A stretch of 64,000 bases of DNA, from assembly GCA_020847275.1 (NCBI GenBank), contig JADLCI010000001.1:2540-66539 (forward strand), read 5' to 3'. Shown one piece after another: positions 46,560 through 54,583 of the stretch; within the stretch, counting starts at the first letter, position 1, and each line of letters begins with the position of its first letter. Made by a program: the position numbers and the translations under genes. Source of the stretch: Candidatus Nomurabacteria bacterium (lineage in GTDB: Bacteria > Patescibacteriota > Minisyncoccia > Phycocordibacterales > JACOZG01). The notes under the pieces were generated by a model. That model was not told the DNA's origin and did no database searches. It was given only the letters and a program-made list of their open reading frames with translations.

Positions 46560-47813
46560 TTAACGAGAACGATTAAGGATTGTGGTAAGTTGCTGAAGAG
46601 TGTTGAGAAGTTGCAGGTTGGGTGTAAAAGCACCACGAACTTGAGCAATAGCGGGGCGAGACGAACGATTGCGCAGGGCAATCAAGAGTTTGGCAAACAA
46701 TTCACCAAGATCAACATCGCCAGTAAAGGCACCCAAGACTTGCCCCGTTACCGGAGGAACAGGTTGCCCAACGAAGCCACCACCGCCACGAGTACCACCC
46801 CCACCACCGCCACCGGAAGTAGAAGTTGGAGGAGTTACCACGGGAGGAATCTCCGGTTCTGGAGTGTCATCTACCGGTTCAGATAAAACTACCTCAATGC
46901 TATCGCTGACCGGTTCGGAAATATTGTTGTAAACATCCCTGCAACGATATTCTGCAGTGTAAGTTCCCTCCTCAAGCGGACCGAAAATGTACTCTGTGTC
47001 CATTGGATCCAACGTTCCATTGTCTCCCCAATCTTGGGTAGATAAACGAATTTCGCAGTACTGAATCTCCGTGTCATCCGTTCCGGACGAGAAGTTTGCC
47101 ATCACTAATCCTGTATTGTTTTGAGCTGCGCCACCATCCAACTCTAGACTTAGTCCAGTTGGTGGCATTGTATCAGTCGGTTCAACTGGAACTGATACTT
47201 CTATAGATTCTTCCGCGCTAGAGTAATTCCCGGCATTGTCGTAACAAATAAGAAATGTTGGGTACAAACCGTCTCCAGGAAATGAGTGAACAACTGGGCC
47301 ATCTGCAAGAATTTCCTCTTCAGGAGTTCCATCTGCCCAGTCCATCACACAGGTATTAAGTCCTGAACCATCGTCAGTCCCCCGAGTAAGTACCACAGAA
47401 ACATCGGTTGAATTTGAAATTGGGCCACCTACAAAATCAATATCTGTACCCGCTGGCGCAACAGTATCAACAGTGATTTCGGTTTCGATTGAATTGGCAA
47501 GCGATTCTCCGTTAAAGCAAACGAGGGATACGGTGTAGGTGCCATCGTTTGAATATCCGTGGTTGACTAAGCCTGGTGTGACCTCTTCAGCGCTTCCGTC
47601 GGCCCAGTCGATCTCACAAACGATTATCCCCGATTCTGGATCAGTTGCTTCAACAACCGCACTGACGGTTCCGGTATTGTTGTATTGGGCACCGCCGTCT
47701 AGTGTAAGCGAAACTTCAGGAGGGGTTGCGTCGGCCACTCCCGCTGAAGCTTGACCGGCAAGAAAGACTGATAAAATGAGAGCGGTAACCAAAAAAGCCT
47801 TATTTTTAAACAT
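46560..47813 (-). CDS. secreted repeat protein (three Ig/PKD-like repeats, Gly-run, amphipathic C-terminal tail)
   Basis: 417 aa; signal peptide, three repeats each about 100 aa (DxTPP...LDGGA.NNTG...C...DWADG), then GGGGGGGTRGGGG. Confidence 0.5.
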   Translation of the reverse strand: MFKNKAFLVTALILSVFLAGQASAGVADATPPEVSLTLDGGAQYNNTGTVSAVVEATDPESGIIVCEIDWADGSAEEVTPGLVNHGYSNDGTYTVSLVCFNGESLANSIETEITVDTVAPAGTDIDFVGGPISNSTDVSVVLTRGTDDGSGLNTCVMDWADGTPEEEILADGPVVHSFPGDGLYPTFLICYDNAGNYSSAEESIEVSVPVEPTDTMPPTGLSLELDGGAAQNNTGLVMANFSSGTDDTEIQYCEIRLSTQDWGDNGTLDPMDTEYIFGPLEEGTYTAEYRCRDVYNNISEPVSDSIEVVLSEPVDDTPEPEIPPVVTPPTSTSGGGGGGGTRGGGGFVGQPVPPVTGQVLGAFTGDVDLGELFAKLLIALRNRSSRPAIAQVRGAFTPNLQLLNTLQQLTTILNRSR

Positions 47814-47927
47814 ATTTTTATTGCTAACTAATAATCCTGTTTGAACCCCGATTATATATCAAGCCGTATCAAATTGTCAAGCCCAAGATCTTTTGCGCTA
47901 CTATTCAACAGCATATCATCATTCCGG

Positions 47928-47999
47928 TGCCGCTGGCAGGAATTGAACCCACATTTATCCCTTAGGACGGGATTGTTCTATCCGTTGAACTACAGCGGC
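47928..47999 (-). tRNA. tRNA-Arg (anticodon CCT)
   Basis: On the minus strand: acceptor GCCGCTG/CAGCGGC, anticodon stem ATCCC/GGGAT with loop GTCCTAA, T-arm GTGGG-TTCAATT-CCTGC. Confidence 0.75.
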
Positions 48000-48018
48000 A
48001 GGGAGAAAATGGGATAAA

Positions 48019-48267
48019 CTAGACGCCAAGTGCCGCTCCAAGCGAACGCTTGTCGAAACCTACAATCCTCTGCTCTTCGCCATTTTCGTCTGTGATTACA
48101 ATCACTGGCACACCCATCTGACCACTCTTATCAATCATCTCCTGACGCCTAGCGGCATCCGTGCCCACATTATACTCCTCATAAGCCACCCCCTTCTCCT
48201 GAAAAAATGCCTTCGCCATCCGGCAATAGGAGCAAGTCGCAGTTGTATAAATTTCTACTTTTTTCAT
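48019..48267 (-). CDS. glutaredoxin/NrdH-like redoxin
   Basis: 82 aa; thioredoxin fold with CSYC near the N-terminus and a GVPVIV cis-Pro region. Confidence 0.75.
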   Translation of the reverse strand: MKKVEIYTTATCSYCRMAKAFFQEKGVAYEEYNVGTDAARRQEMIDKSGQMGVPVIVITDENGEEQRIVGFDKRSLGAALGV

Positions 48268-48276
48268 GAAAAATTA

Positions 48277-48540
48277 TTAAGCGATTAAGACATCCAGTTT
48301 ATCACCCCTATCCAATTTATTCCACTTCTCATGCCCACATTTCTCACAATGATGTAACACATCGTAACCACCGGAGACTGCCCGGTAATCCACGGGGGCC
48401 ATCATCCCGCCACACCGAGCCAACCGATCGCCAGGATGGTTATCCACATGGCGACTCCACAAACAATCTGGGCAATGGTTGGTATAACCATTGCCACGGA
48501 CAGCTAGTCCGCAATGACCACAGACAAAATCCTCAATTTT
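48277..48540 (-). CDS. double zinc-ribbon protein (start codon uncertain; probably non-canonical)
   Basis: The ORF track calls 61 aa from a TTG start. The in-frame upstream sequence, with no ATG/GTG/TTG, encodes ...EDFVCGHCGLAVRGNGYTNHCPDC..., adding two more CxxC pairs to ARCGG...HHCEKCGH. The stop-free frame runs to 48570. Confidence 0.45.
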   Translation of the reverse strand, partial: KIEDFVCGHCGLAVRGNGYTNHCPDCLWSRHVDNHPGDRLARCGGMMAPVDYRAVSGGYDVLHHCEKCGHEKWNKLDRGDKLDVLIA

Positions 48541-48578
48541 TTTCTGAAAAGTGGTTGTCAGAATTAATTCTCAAACCA

Positions 48579-48833
48579 CTATGAAAGGTGGTTGGAGACC
48601 AGCTTTGTCATCTCAAACATCGAGACAGTCTTCTTGCCGCCAAAAACGGCCAGGAGATTGTCGTCGGCGTTGATATTGCGCTTATTCTGGGGATCCTGCA
48701 AATCGTTCTTCTTGATATAAACCCAGAGTGCTTTGACCACCTCAGAGCGAGGCATTGGACCCTTTCCCACAACGAGAGCCAGTTCTGGACTGATCGTCAT
48801 CGGTTTCATGAATGCGGAATTCGATTTTGCCAT
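48579..48833 (-). CDS. SWIB/MDM2-domain protein
   Basis: 84 aa; ISPELALVVGKGPMPRSEVVKALWVYIKKNDLQDPQNKRNINADDNLLAVFGGKKTVSMFEMTKLVSNHL is a canonical SWIB domain. Confidence 0.75.
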   Translation of the reverse strand: MAKSNSAFMKPMTISPELALVVGKGPMPRSEVVKALWVYIKKNDLQDPQNKRNINADDNLLAVFGGKKTVSMFEMTKLVSNHLS

Positions 48834-48973
48834 AATTGTTTAGCTATTTACTTAATAACATTTAATAACCAGACTATCATAGCATGAAAGTACCCCGCTA
48901 GCGACTACCACGGTAGAGACAAACAATGATTAAACCCTTTCGGTCTAATCATTGTCGTTATATAATATGCAAC

Positions 48974-50374
48974 ATGAAATCACTTCTACTTCTAACTGTT
49001 CTCGTTTTTGGATTTTTTATCCCCCTTGCAAATGCCTCCGTCGTTCCCACATTTTCCGTTTCCAGTAACGGTTACAATGCGCTAGCCACCGTCCACGGCG
49101 ACCCAAACACCGCCGTAGAACTTCACTACGGCAATTCTGCCGAAAACATAAACACTATCGGCACCACAGACTCAAACGGTAATTTTTCTACCCCACTAAG
49201 TGTCTCAAGCTACCAATTCGGTTGTGGAAAAACGGCCTATGTGAGAGTTGGCACTTATCAATCTGCCACTATCCCTTGGTCACTCAATAATAGCTCCTGC
49301 CAAAGCCTCGCCCTTAGTCAAACTAATGTTTCTCTCAATCCCGGACAAAGCACCATCATTACCGCCACGATTAGCGGTGGTCTGTATGTCTCCAGTAACT
49401 CCAACCCGAGTGTGGCCGGCGCTAGCGTGAGTGGCAACCAGATTACCATCACCGCCGCCAGCTACGGCACAAGCAATCTTACCGTCTGCACCACCAATGA
49501 AATGTGCGGAGTTATAAACATCACCACCAATGCTCCTGGCGCCAACGCCGGTAGCAACCTCTCCTTTAGCCAAACTAATGTTGAGGTCAATGTGGGACAG
49601 AGCAGTGTTGTCACCATTTATGGTTCGGGCAACAATTACACTATTCCAACCAACTCCAACCCCGCCACCGTCTCTACCTCTCTAAGTGGGAATGTCCTCA
49701 CTCTCACGGGCCTTGCTTTCGGAGGCTCTAATGTCACGATCTGTCAGAATAATAATCAGTGTGGGGTGGTCTATGTCATTGTGGTTAATAATCCAGCCTT
49801 GACCGGTACTTATACCAACAACGCCGAGCCCACAATTACCTCTCTCAATATTAGCTCCGACAATGTTGGCGGAGAATTCATTAAGGCTGGCAATCGCCTG
49901 ACCATTACCTTCAATACCAATAAACCAATAAGTAACCCGCTGATGCTCGTTGGTCTTACTCGAGTTAACCTAACAGGAAGCGGCTCTGGTCCTTACCTCG
50001 GCACATACTCCGTCACAAGCAATAATCCACTGCCTCTCATTATCACTTTCAGCGATTCCTCAGGTCGAAGCGGTCGAGCAACCCTCACTTTGGGAGATTG
50101 GTCAGCCCCATCAAATATCTCGAACAGCCCGATCACCACACCAACTCCCGGGCCCCGCTACACCTTCTCAACCTTCTTAGGCGTTGGTGATAACGGCAAA
50201 ACGGTGACTGAATTACAAAAACGCCTGACCGAACTAGGTTTCTACCACGGTCCCACCAACGGCAACTTTGGACCCCTAACTGAAGCGGGGGTAACGGCGT
50301 TACAGAGGGCCAACGGGATAAAATCCGTTGGGTATGTCGGCCCAGCCACACGGGCCATCTTGAACCAGTATTGA
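48974..50374 (+). CDS. secreted protein with Ig-like repeats and a C-terminal peptidoglycan-binding (PG_binding_1) domain
   Basis: Start trimmed to MKSLLLLTVLVF (signal peptide; -10 TATAAT just upstream). The C-terminus KTVTELQKRLTELGFYHGPTNGNFGPLTEAGVTALQRANG matches the PGBD helical-repeat motif. Confidence 0.6.
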   Translation: MKSLLLLTVLVFGFFIPLANASVVPTFSVSSNGYNALATVHGDPNTAVELHYGNSAENINTIGTTDSNGNFSTPLSVSSYQFGCGKTAYVRVGTYQSATIPWSLNNSSCQSLALSQTNVSLNPGQSTIITATISGGLYVSSNSNPSVAGASVSGNQITITAASYGTSNLTVCTTNEMCGVINITTNAPGANAGSNLSFSQTNVEVNVGQSSVVTIYGSGNNYTIPTNSNPATVSTSLSGNVLTLTGLAFGGSNVTICQNNNQCGVVYVIVVNNPALTGTYTNNAEPTITSLNISSDNVGGEFIKAGNRLTITFNTNKPISNPLMLVGLTRVNLTGSGSGPYLGTYSVTSNNPLPLIITFSDSSGRSGRATLTLGDWSAPSNISNSPITTPTPGPRYTFSTFLGVGDNGKTVTELQKRLTELGFYHGPTNGNFGPLTEAGVTALQRANGIKSVGYVGPATRAILNQY

Positions 50375-50423
50375 CCACTGGTGTATAATGAGAGCAGATT
50401 ATAAGCATTAATAATTTTTCTCT

Positions 50424-50549
50424 ATGAATCCAGAAGAATGTGGCTGTGGTGAACACAGTACCTGCAAAATGGGCGATGCTACTTGCACCGCCTGCAACAA
50501 GAAGTGCCCAGCAGCTCCATCTGCTCCAGAAGGTGGGATGGGAATGTAA
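50424..50549 (+). CDS. 41-aa cysteine-rich peptide (8 Cys; metallothionein-like or RiPP-precursor-like), unannotated in the ORF track
   Basis: MNPEECGCGEHSTCKMGDATCTACNKKCPAAPSAPEGGMGM. An extended -10 TGTATAAT lies at 50381-50388 and an intrinsic terminator at 50578-50609. No obvious SD. Confidence 0.35.
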   Translation: MNPEECGCGEHSTCKMGDATCTACNKKCPAAPSAPEGGMGM

Positions 50550-50577
50550 GAAGACCCGGCAATCTTGTTCTCCCAAA

Positions 50578-50609
50578 ACAAACCGCCCATTGGAGCGGTT
50601 TGTTTTTTG
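50578..50609 (+). terminator. intrinsic terminator
   Basis: ACAAACCGC-CCATTGGA-GCGGTTTGT followed by TTTTTTG. Confidence 0.7.
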
Positions 50610-50689
50610 TTGGCGAGACCATGGAATTGATTACATCCTTGCTTATGGAAATTGAATTATGGGTTGGAAGAGTATAAACTTTAAATAAC

Positions 50690-51718
50690 ATGAAAAAGAT
50701 AACGAAACTAGTATTAACTGGATTACTTGTCACACTAGTCATTCCTCAAATCGCACTAGCCGCTTGGTGGAACCCAATTAGTTGGTTAAATAACTGGAAC
50801 CTTTTTAAACCAGCAACTCCTGAGGAAACCAAAACCCAAGTCCTAGAAAATCGAATAAAGGAGCTTGAGAAGAAATTGGAAAAAAGTGTAGATATTTCAA
50901 ATAATCCTAGCACCACAACCCTAGGAACTAAAAAAGAAGCGCTTAAACAAACGGTGAGGACAAACGATGTTACGCCGATAGAGTCACCAACACTTACCAA
51001 GCCTAAGCCAATAGTTACCCAACCCACCATAGTGACACCGCCCCTGGTGAAATCAATCCAGCCAGCACAAGTAGTTGATATTTATCAAGCCAAAGATAAT
51101 CTGATGTCAAAGCTAAATAATTTAAAGTCTCAAGTAGAAAACATTATATCTGATCGAGGGTATACTCAACCCGATAAATTAAGCGGCCGCGACTATGTCG
51201 AGGCTACAAACTTAACTCAAATCGTGCAGAAGCTAGGATCTAGTTTATATGATTTGAAATCAACCAACCCATCTCAAAAAAGCATTGATTATCACACGAG
51301 CCAATACAGCAGTTTAGAAACTTCTTTCAATAGCCTAGGCTTCAACGAGTCTGACTGGTCTCCACGAAAAACAGAAAAACTAGACAAGGGAGAAAACCCC
51401 CTTCTAGTGCAAATGAGAATGGTGCAGTCTGAGATTGATAAATATAAAAGATTCCTTTTAGAAATTAACGCTGGCCATTACAGTTGTGTCCGCAACGACA
51501 CTAATACTTGTCCAGATGTTTACACACCACAAAACCCAATCCCGCAGGAAATCATCGATATAATATTTCGTGCGTCATTTTCAGCCACCGATGGTGGAGA
51601 TGCTAAGATTCTCACAAAAGGCACTTCTCTAGCTAGGTACGTCGAACAACAAATTGAGTTTATACTTTTCGACTTAGAAGCCAAACTTAGGCAATTAAGA
51701 TTAACCGTTCAATACTGA
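50690..51718 (+). CDS. hypothetical secreted protein (AT-rich, lineage-specific)
   Basis: 342 aa; signal peptide (IALA-AWW), coiled-coil and Thr/Pro-rich segments, 2 Cys near the C-terminus. Confidence 0.5.
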   Translation: MKKITKLVLTGLLVTLVIPQIALAAWWNPISWLNNWNLFKPATPEETKTQVLENRIKELEKKLEKSVDISNNPSTTTLGTKKEALKQTVRTNDVTPIESPTLTKPKPIVTQPTIVTPPLVKSIQPAQVVDIYQAKDNLMSKLNNLKSQVENIISDRGYTQPDKLSGRDYVEATNLTQIVQKLGSSLYDLKSTNPSQKSIDYHTSQYSSLETSFNSLGFNESDWSPRKTEKLDKGENPLLVQMRMVQSEIDKYKRFLLEINAGHYSCVRNDTNTCPDVYTPQNPIPQEIIDIIFRASFSATDGGDAKILTKGTSLARYVEQQIEFILFDLEAKLRQLRLTVQY

Positions 51719-51748
51719 TCCTTACCAAAAAAACGCGAAGATACTAAC

Positions 51749-52121
51749 TGGTGGAGATGGCGGGAATCGAACCCGCGTGCAAAAGGTTGACCTAAATTGT
51801 TCTACATACTTATCTCACTTTAAATTTTCGCCAACGCGACTCGAAATGAGCCAAACATCGCGCCAGTTAGCATCTTAGTTTTGAATTCGTGCCGATGCGA
51901 TCATGAATTCTAGCTCGCGAGTATAACACCCCTAGCCAGTCAGCAAGCGAGACCGGTAGAGACGCCGAGTTAAGCTAAAGCGAAACTCGGAACAGCGAAG
52001 TACGGTGAAACCGTACCGCCCTGCTTAGCCGTAGTTTTGGCAAGTAGATTTTACCTTTTGATTAACGAGAGTAAGGCGCTCTCGGTATGCCCAAAATGAG
52101 GACCGTCCAATTGTCTAGGCC
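51749..52121 (-). ncRNA. ssrA: tmRNA (SsrA)
   Basis: The 5' end is GGGGAUGAUCGGCCUAGACAAUUGGACGG and the 3' end is GCGGGUUCGAUUCCCGCCAUCUCCACCA (tRNA-Ala-like acceptor with a G3:U70 pair and encoded CCA). An internal tag-like reading frame ends ...AVPSFALA-UAA. It begins 14 nt downstream of the smpB stop. Confidence 0.8.
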
Positions 52122-52134
52122 GATCATCCCCGTT

Positions 52135-52593
52135 TTAAAAGCGACTTTTCAAAGTCCGATCAAGGTCTCGTTTATTCTCCCGTTTTTTAATCTTCTCACG
52201 CTTATCATACTTTTTCTTCCCCCGTGCAAGCGCAAGACCAAGCTTCAAACGACCGCCTTTATTATATACTGATAATGGAATGATTGTCAATCCCCGCTCA
52301 CCAATTCTGGCCGCCAAATCGCTAATTTCTTTTTTCGTCAGCAGAAGTTTCAGGGCTCGCCCTTTCTCGTAGTCTGGTGGCAAATTCGCCGCCTGATAAG
52401 GACTAATTTCTGCACCCACCAGGAAGGCCTCCCCTCCGCGAACCAAGACTCGTCCACCCTCTAGCTTACCTCGTCCCAGTTTGAGTGCCTTTACCTCAAA
52501 TCCGGATAATTCTAAGCCAGCCTCTAGTTTTTCTAAGAGTTCGTAGTCGTAGTGCGCTTTCGGGTTATTCACAAGATTAGACATTGTCCCCAT
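52135..52593 (-). CDS. smpB: SsrA-binding protein
   Basis: 152 aa from the ATG at 52593 (MGTMSNLVNNPKAHYDYELLEK...GFEVKALKLGRGKLEGG...ISPY...KLLLTKKEI...GLTIIPLSVY). The ORF-track N-terminal extension to 53085 is not SmpB-like. Confidence 0.85.
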   Translation of the reverse strand: MGTMSNLVNNPKAHYDYELLEKLEAGLELSGFEVKALKLGRGKLEGGRVLVRGGEAFLVGAEISPYQAANLPPDYEKGRALKLLLTKKEISDLAARIGERGLTIIPLSVYNKGGRLKLGLALARGKKKYDKREKIKKRENKRDLDRTLKSRF

Positions 52594-52638
52594 TGTAGCA
52601 TTGCGCTTACAGCGTCTTCTAGTATATACTACTGTCCT

Positions 52639-52878
52639 ATGACTAAAAATAAAAAGAAAGGGTTTGGTCTTGGTAGTTTGATTGTTATCATCGCTTTGGT
52701 GCTCATTGTTGGCGCCTACATGTACTACCGCGGCGATAATGCCGTTCCAGTCAGCGAGACAACAGTCGAGACTACCTACCCGCCCACCGCTTCTGATATT
52801 CCTGCCGGTCAGATGGAGCAGGGAGATGAAGCTGTGGTAACCGAACCTACGGGCACCACCACGCCGGTTAAGAATTAA
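52639..52878 (+). CDS. small membrane-anchored hypothetical protein
   Basis: 79 aa from MTKNKKKGFGLGSLIVIIALVLIVGAY (one TM), followed by an acidic, Thr-rich tail. Confidence 0.35.
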   Translation: MTKNKKKGFGLGSLIVIIALVLIVGAYMYYRGDNAVPVSETTVETTYPPTASDIPAGQMEQGDEAVVTEPTGTTTPVKN

Positions 52879-52882
52879 GCCT

Positions 52883-53419
52883 TTGTTGACTTCTCGTCCC
52901 CAATCGGTTAGGATAAACCACCAGATTAGAGTTGCCGAGTTGCGTGTAATCGATGAACAAGGCGTTAATCTGGGTGTCCTAAGCCTAGCAGCAGCTCTTA
53001 GTGAGGCCGAGTCCCGTGGCGTAGATCTGATTGAAATCTCACCGCTTGCCGTTCCACCAGTTGCAAAATTGATGGATTTTGGCAAGTATCAGTACCTCGA
53101 GAATAAGAAGCAGAAGCTATCGCGCGGTAAGACTCAAGTAACGGAGACGAAATCAATTCAGGTAAAGATTGGTACTGGCGATCACGATCTGGCCATCAAG
53201 GCGGCTAAGGTATCAGAATTTCTTAATGAGGGTCACCGAGTGAAAATTGACCTCTTTCTCCCCGGACGCGCTAAGTACCTAGACAAGAATTTCCTACAAG
53301 AACGACTGGAGCGCCTACTCAAACTGGTCACTGTGGGATACCGTATCGCCGACAGTATTAAGAAAGGACCAAAAGGTTTGAACTTAGTTGTAGAACGAGA
53401 CAGACCCGCTGGCAAATAA
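52883..53419 (+). CDS. infC: translation initiation factor IF-3 (non-ATG start)
   Basis: 178 aa; RINHQIRVAELRVID...GVDLIEISP...KIG.GDHDL; infC-rpmI-rplT operon order. Confidence 0.85.
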   Translation: MLTSRPQSVRINHQIRVAELRVIDEQGVNLGVLSLAAALSEAESRGVDLIEISPLAVPPVAKLMDFGKYQYLENKKQKLSRGKTQVTETKSIQVKIGTGDHDLAIKAAKVSEFLNEGHRVKIDLFLPGRAKYLDKNFLQERLERLLKLVTVGYRIADSIKKGPKGLNLVVERDRPAGK

Positions 53420-53423
53420 TCTA

Positions 53424-53621
53424 ATGGCAACTAAAACAAATAAATCTTTCACGAAACGTCTCCGCGTCACCCGACGGGGCAAGATTCTAGCGCGCCGTGG
53501 CGGTCGAAACCATTTCAATGCTAAAGAGGGCCGTGGCTCTCAACTCGCCTCACGTCGAAACTTTGATTTCCCAATGAGCAACAAGGATGCCGGACGCTTT
53601 TTACCAAATTTAGTTAAATAA
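53424..53621 (+). CDS. rpmI: 50S ribosomal protein L35
   Basis: 65 aa; basic, with KTNKSFTKRLRVTRRGKILARRGG. Confidence 0.85.
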   Translation: MATKTNKSFTKRLRVTRRGKILARRGGRNHFNAKEGRGSQLASRRNFDFPMSNKDAGRFLPNLVK

Positions 53622-53627
53622 ACCCCC

Positions 53628-53969
53628 ATGCCACGAGTTAAGAAAGGAACAATCGCTCTCAAACGTCGCCGTAAGGTACTGAAAGCCGCTAAAGGTTTCC
53701 GTTTCGGTCGCAGCTCGAAGGAACGCGAAGCTCGCACCGCCCTCCTTCATGCCGGTGTCCACGCTTTTGCCCATCGACGCGACAAGAAGAACGACTTCCG
53801 CCGCCTGTGGAATATCCAGATCGGAGCCGCCTCGCGACCCCTCGGCCTCTCTTACAGTCAATTAATTGGCAAGCTAAAGAAGAGCAAGATTGAGCTAGAC
53901 CGCAAAGTACTGGCAACACTCGGCGCAGAACACCCTGAAGTCCTTGCCCGTCTCCTTAAGCAGTTATAG
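53628..53969 (+). CDS. rplT: 50S ribosomal protein L20
   Basis: 113 aa; MPRVKKG...KRRRKVLKAAKGFRFGRS...R. Confidence 0.9.
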   Translation: MPRVKKGTIALKRRRKVLKAAKGFRFGRSSKEREARTALLHAGVHAFAHRRDKKNDFRRLWNIQIGAASRPLGLSYSQLIGKLKKSKIELDRKVLATLGAEHPEVLARLLKQL

Positions 53970-54581
53970 AATCGGCTCCCCCGGATTCCGATAGGTTTTG
54001 TACTCCTTCACTTCCTTTTTCTCTTTTTGTAAAATATCGACAATGTGGGAAACCAGCTTCGCTGGTTCTTTTTCAAAAATAACACGGTCCGAGTGGCGAT
54101 TACCCTTGTCCATAATATCGCGAATAACTTGCCCTGTTGGCCAATCTCCGTCCAAGACACCAAGCAACTTCCCATCTTCGAAAGCAATGGAAAACTCATT
54201 GATTGTTCCGACCCGCCCACAACCCACCAAGACAGCATCGGAACAACGCGTCAGCATTAGGTTCCGCCCAGAATAGCCGAACCCGGTATAGATGATCAAA
54301 TCTAGGTAGTCGAGAGGTAGACCGTAAACTTCGACATGCTCTCGTTCACTGGTCGCCGGTGAGAGGCCGACAGAATAACCTCCCGCTTCCTTCGCACCAA
54401 TCGCCGCCCAGAGTGGGAAGCCAGTTGTCGCTCCCGTGACCAGAACGCCTCCTTGCTTCACAATTTGCCGACCAAGCTCCTTTCCCTCCTCCATCGCATT
54501 CGGACCACAATGCCCTGTCTCCGCCGCGCCAGAAACGCAAATCTTAAATTGCTGATGAGGATGTTTGAGTATGGTTTCCAT
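53964..54581 (-). CDS. LOG/TIGR00725-family (SLOG) Rossmann-fold protein
   Basis: 205 aa; ICVSGAAETGHC...GGVLVTGATTG...PGGYGTLEE-like pattern of LOG-family nucleotide-binding proteins. Confidence 0.55.
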   Translation of the reverse strand: METILKHPHQQFKICVSGAAETGHCGPNAMEEGKELGRQIVKQGGVLVTGATTGFPLWAAIGAKEAGGYSVGLSPATSEREHVEVYGLPLDYLDLIIYTGFGYSGRNLMLTRCSDAVLVGCGRVGTINEFSIAFEDGKLLGVLDGDWPTGQVIRDIMDKGNRHSDRVIFEKEPAKLVSHIVDILQKEKKEVKEYKTYRNPGEPIL

Positions 54582-54583
54582 AA

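Noticed and set aside
52594-53085. 164-aa N-terminal extension of the SmpB ORF
   Set aside because: It is Arg/Ser-rich with low complexity, runs antisense through the small membrane-protein gene and the infC start, and SmpB homology begins at MGTMSNL (52593).
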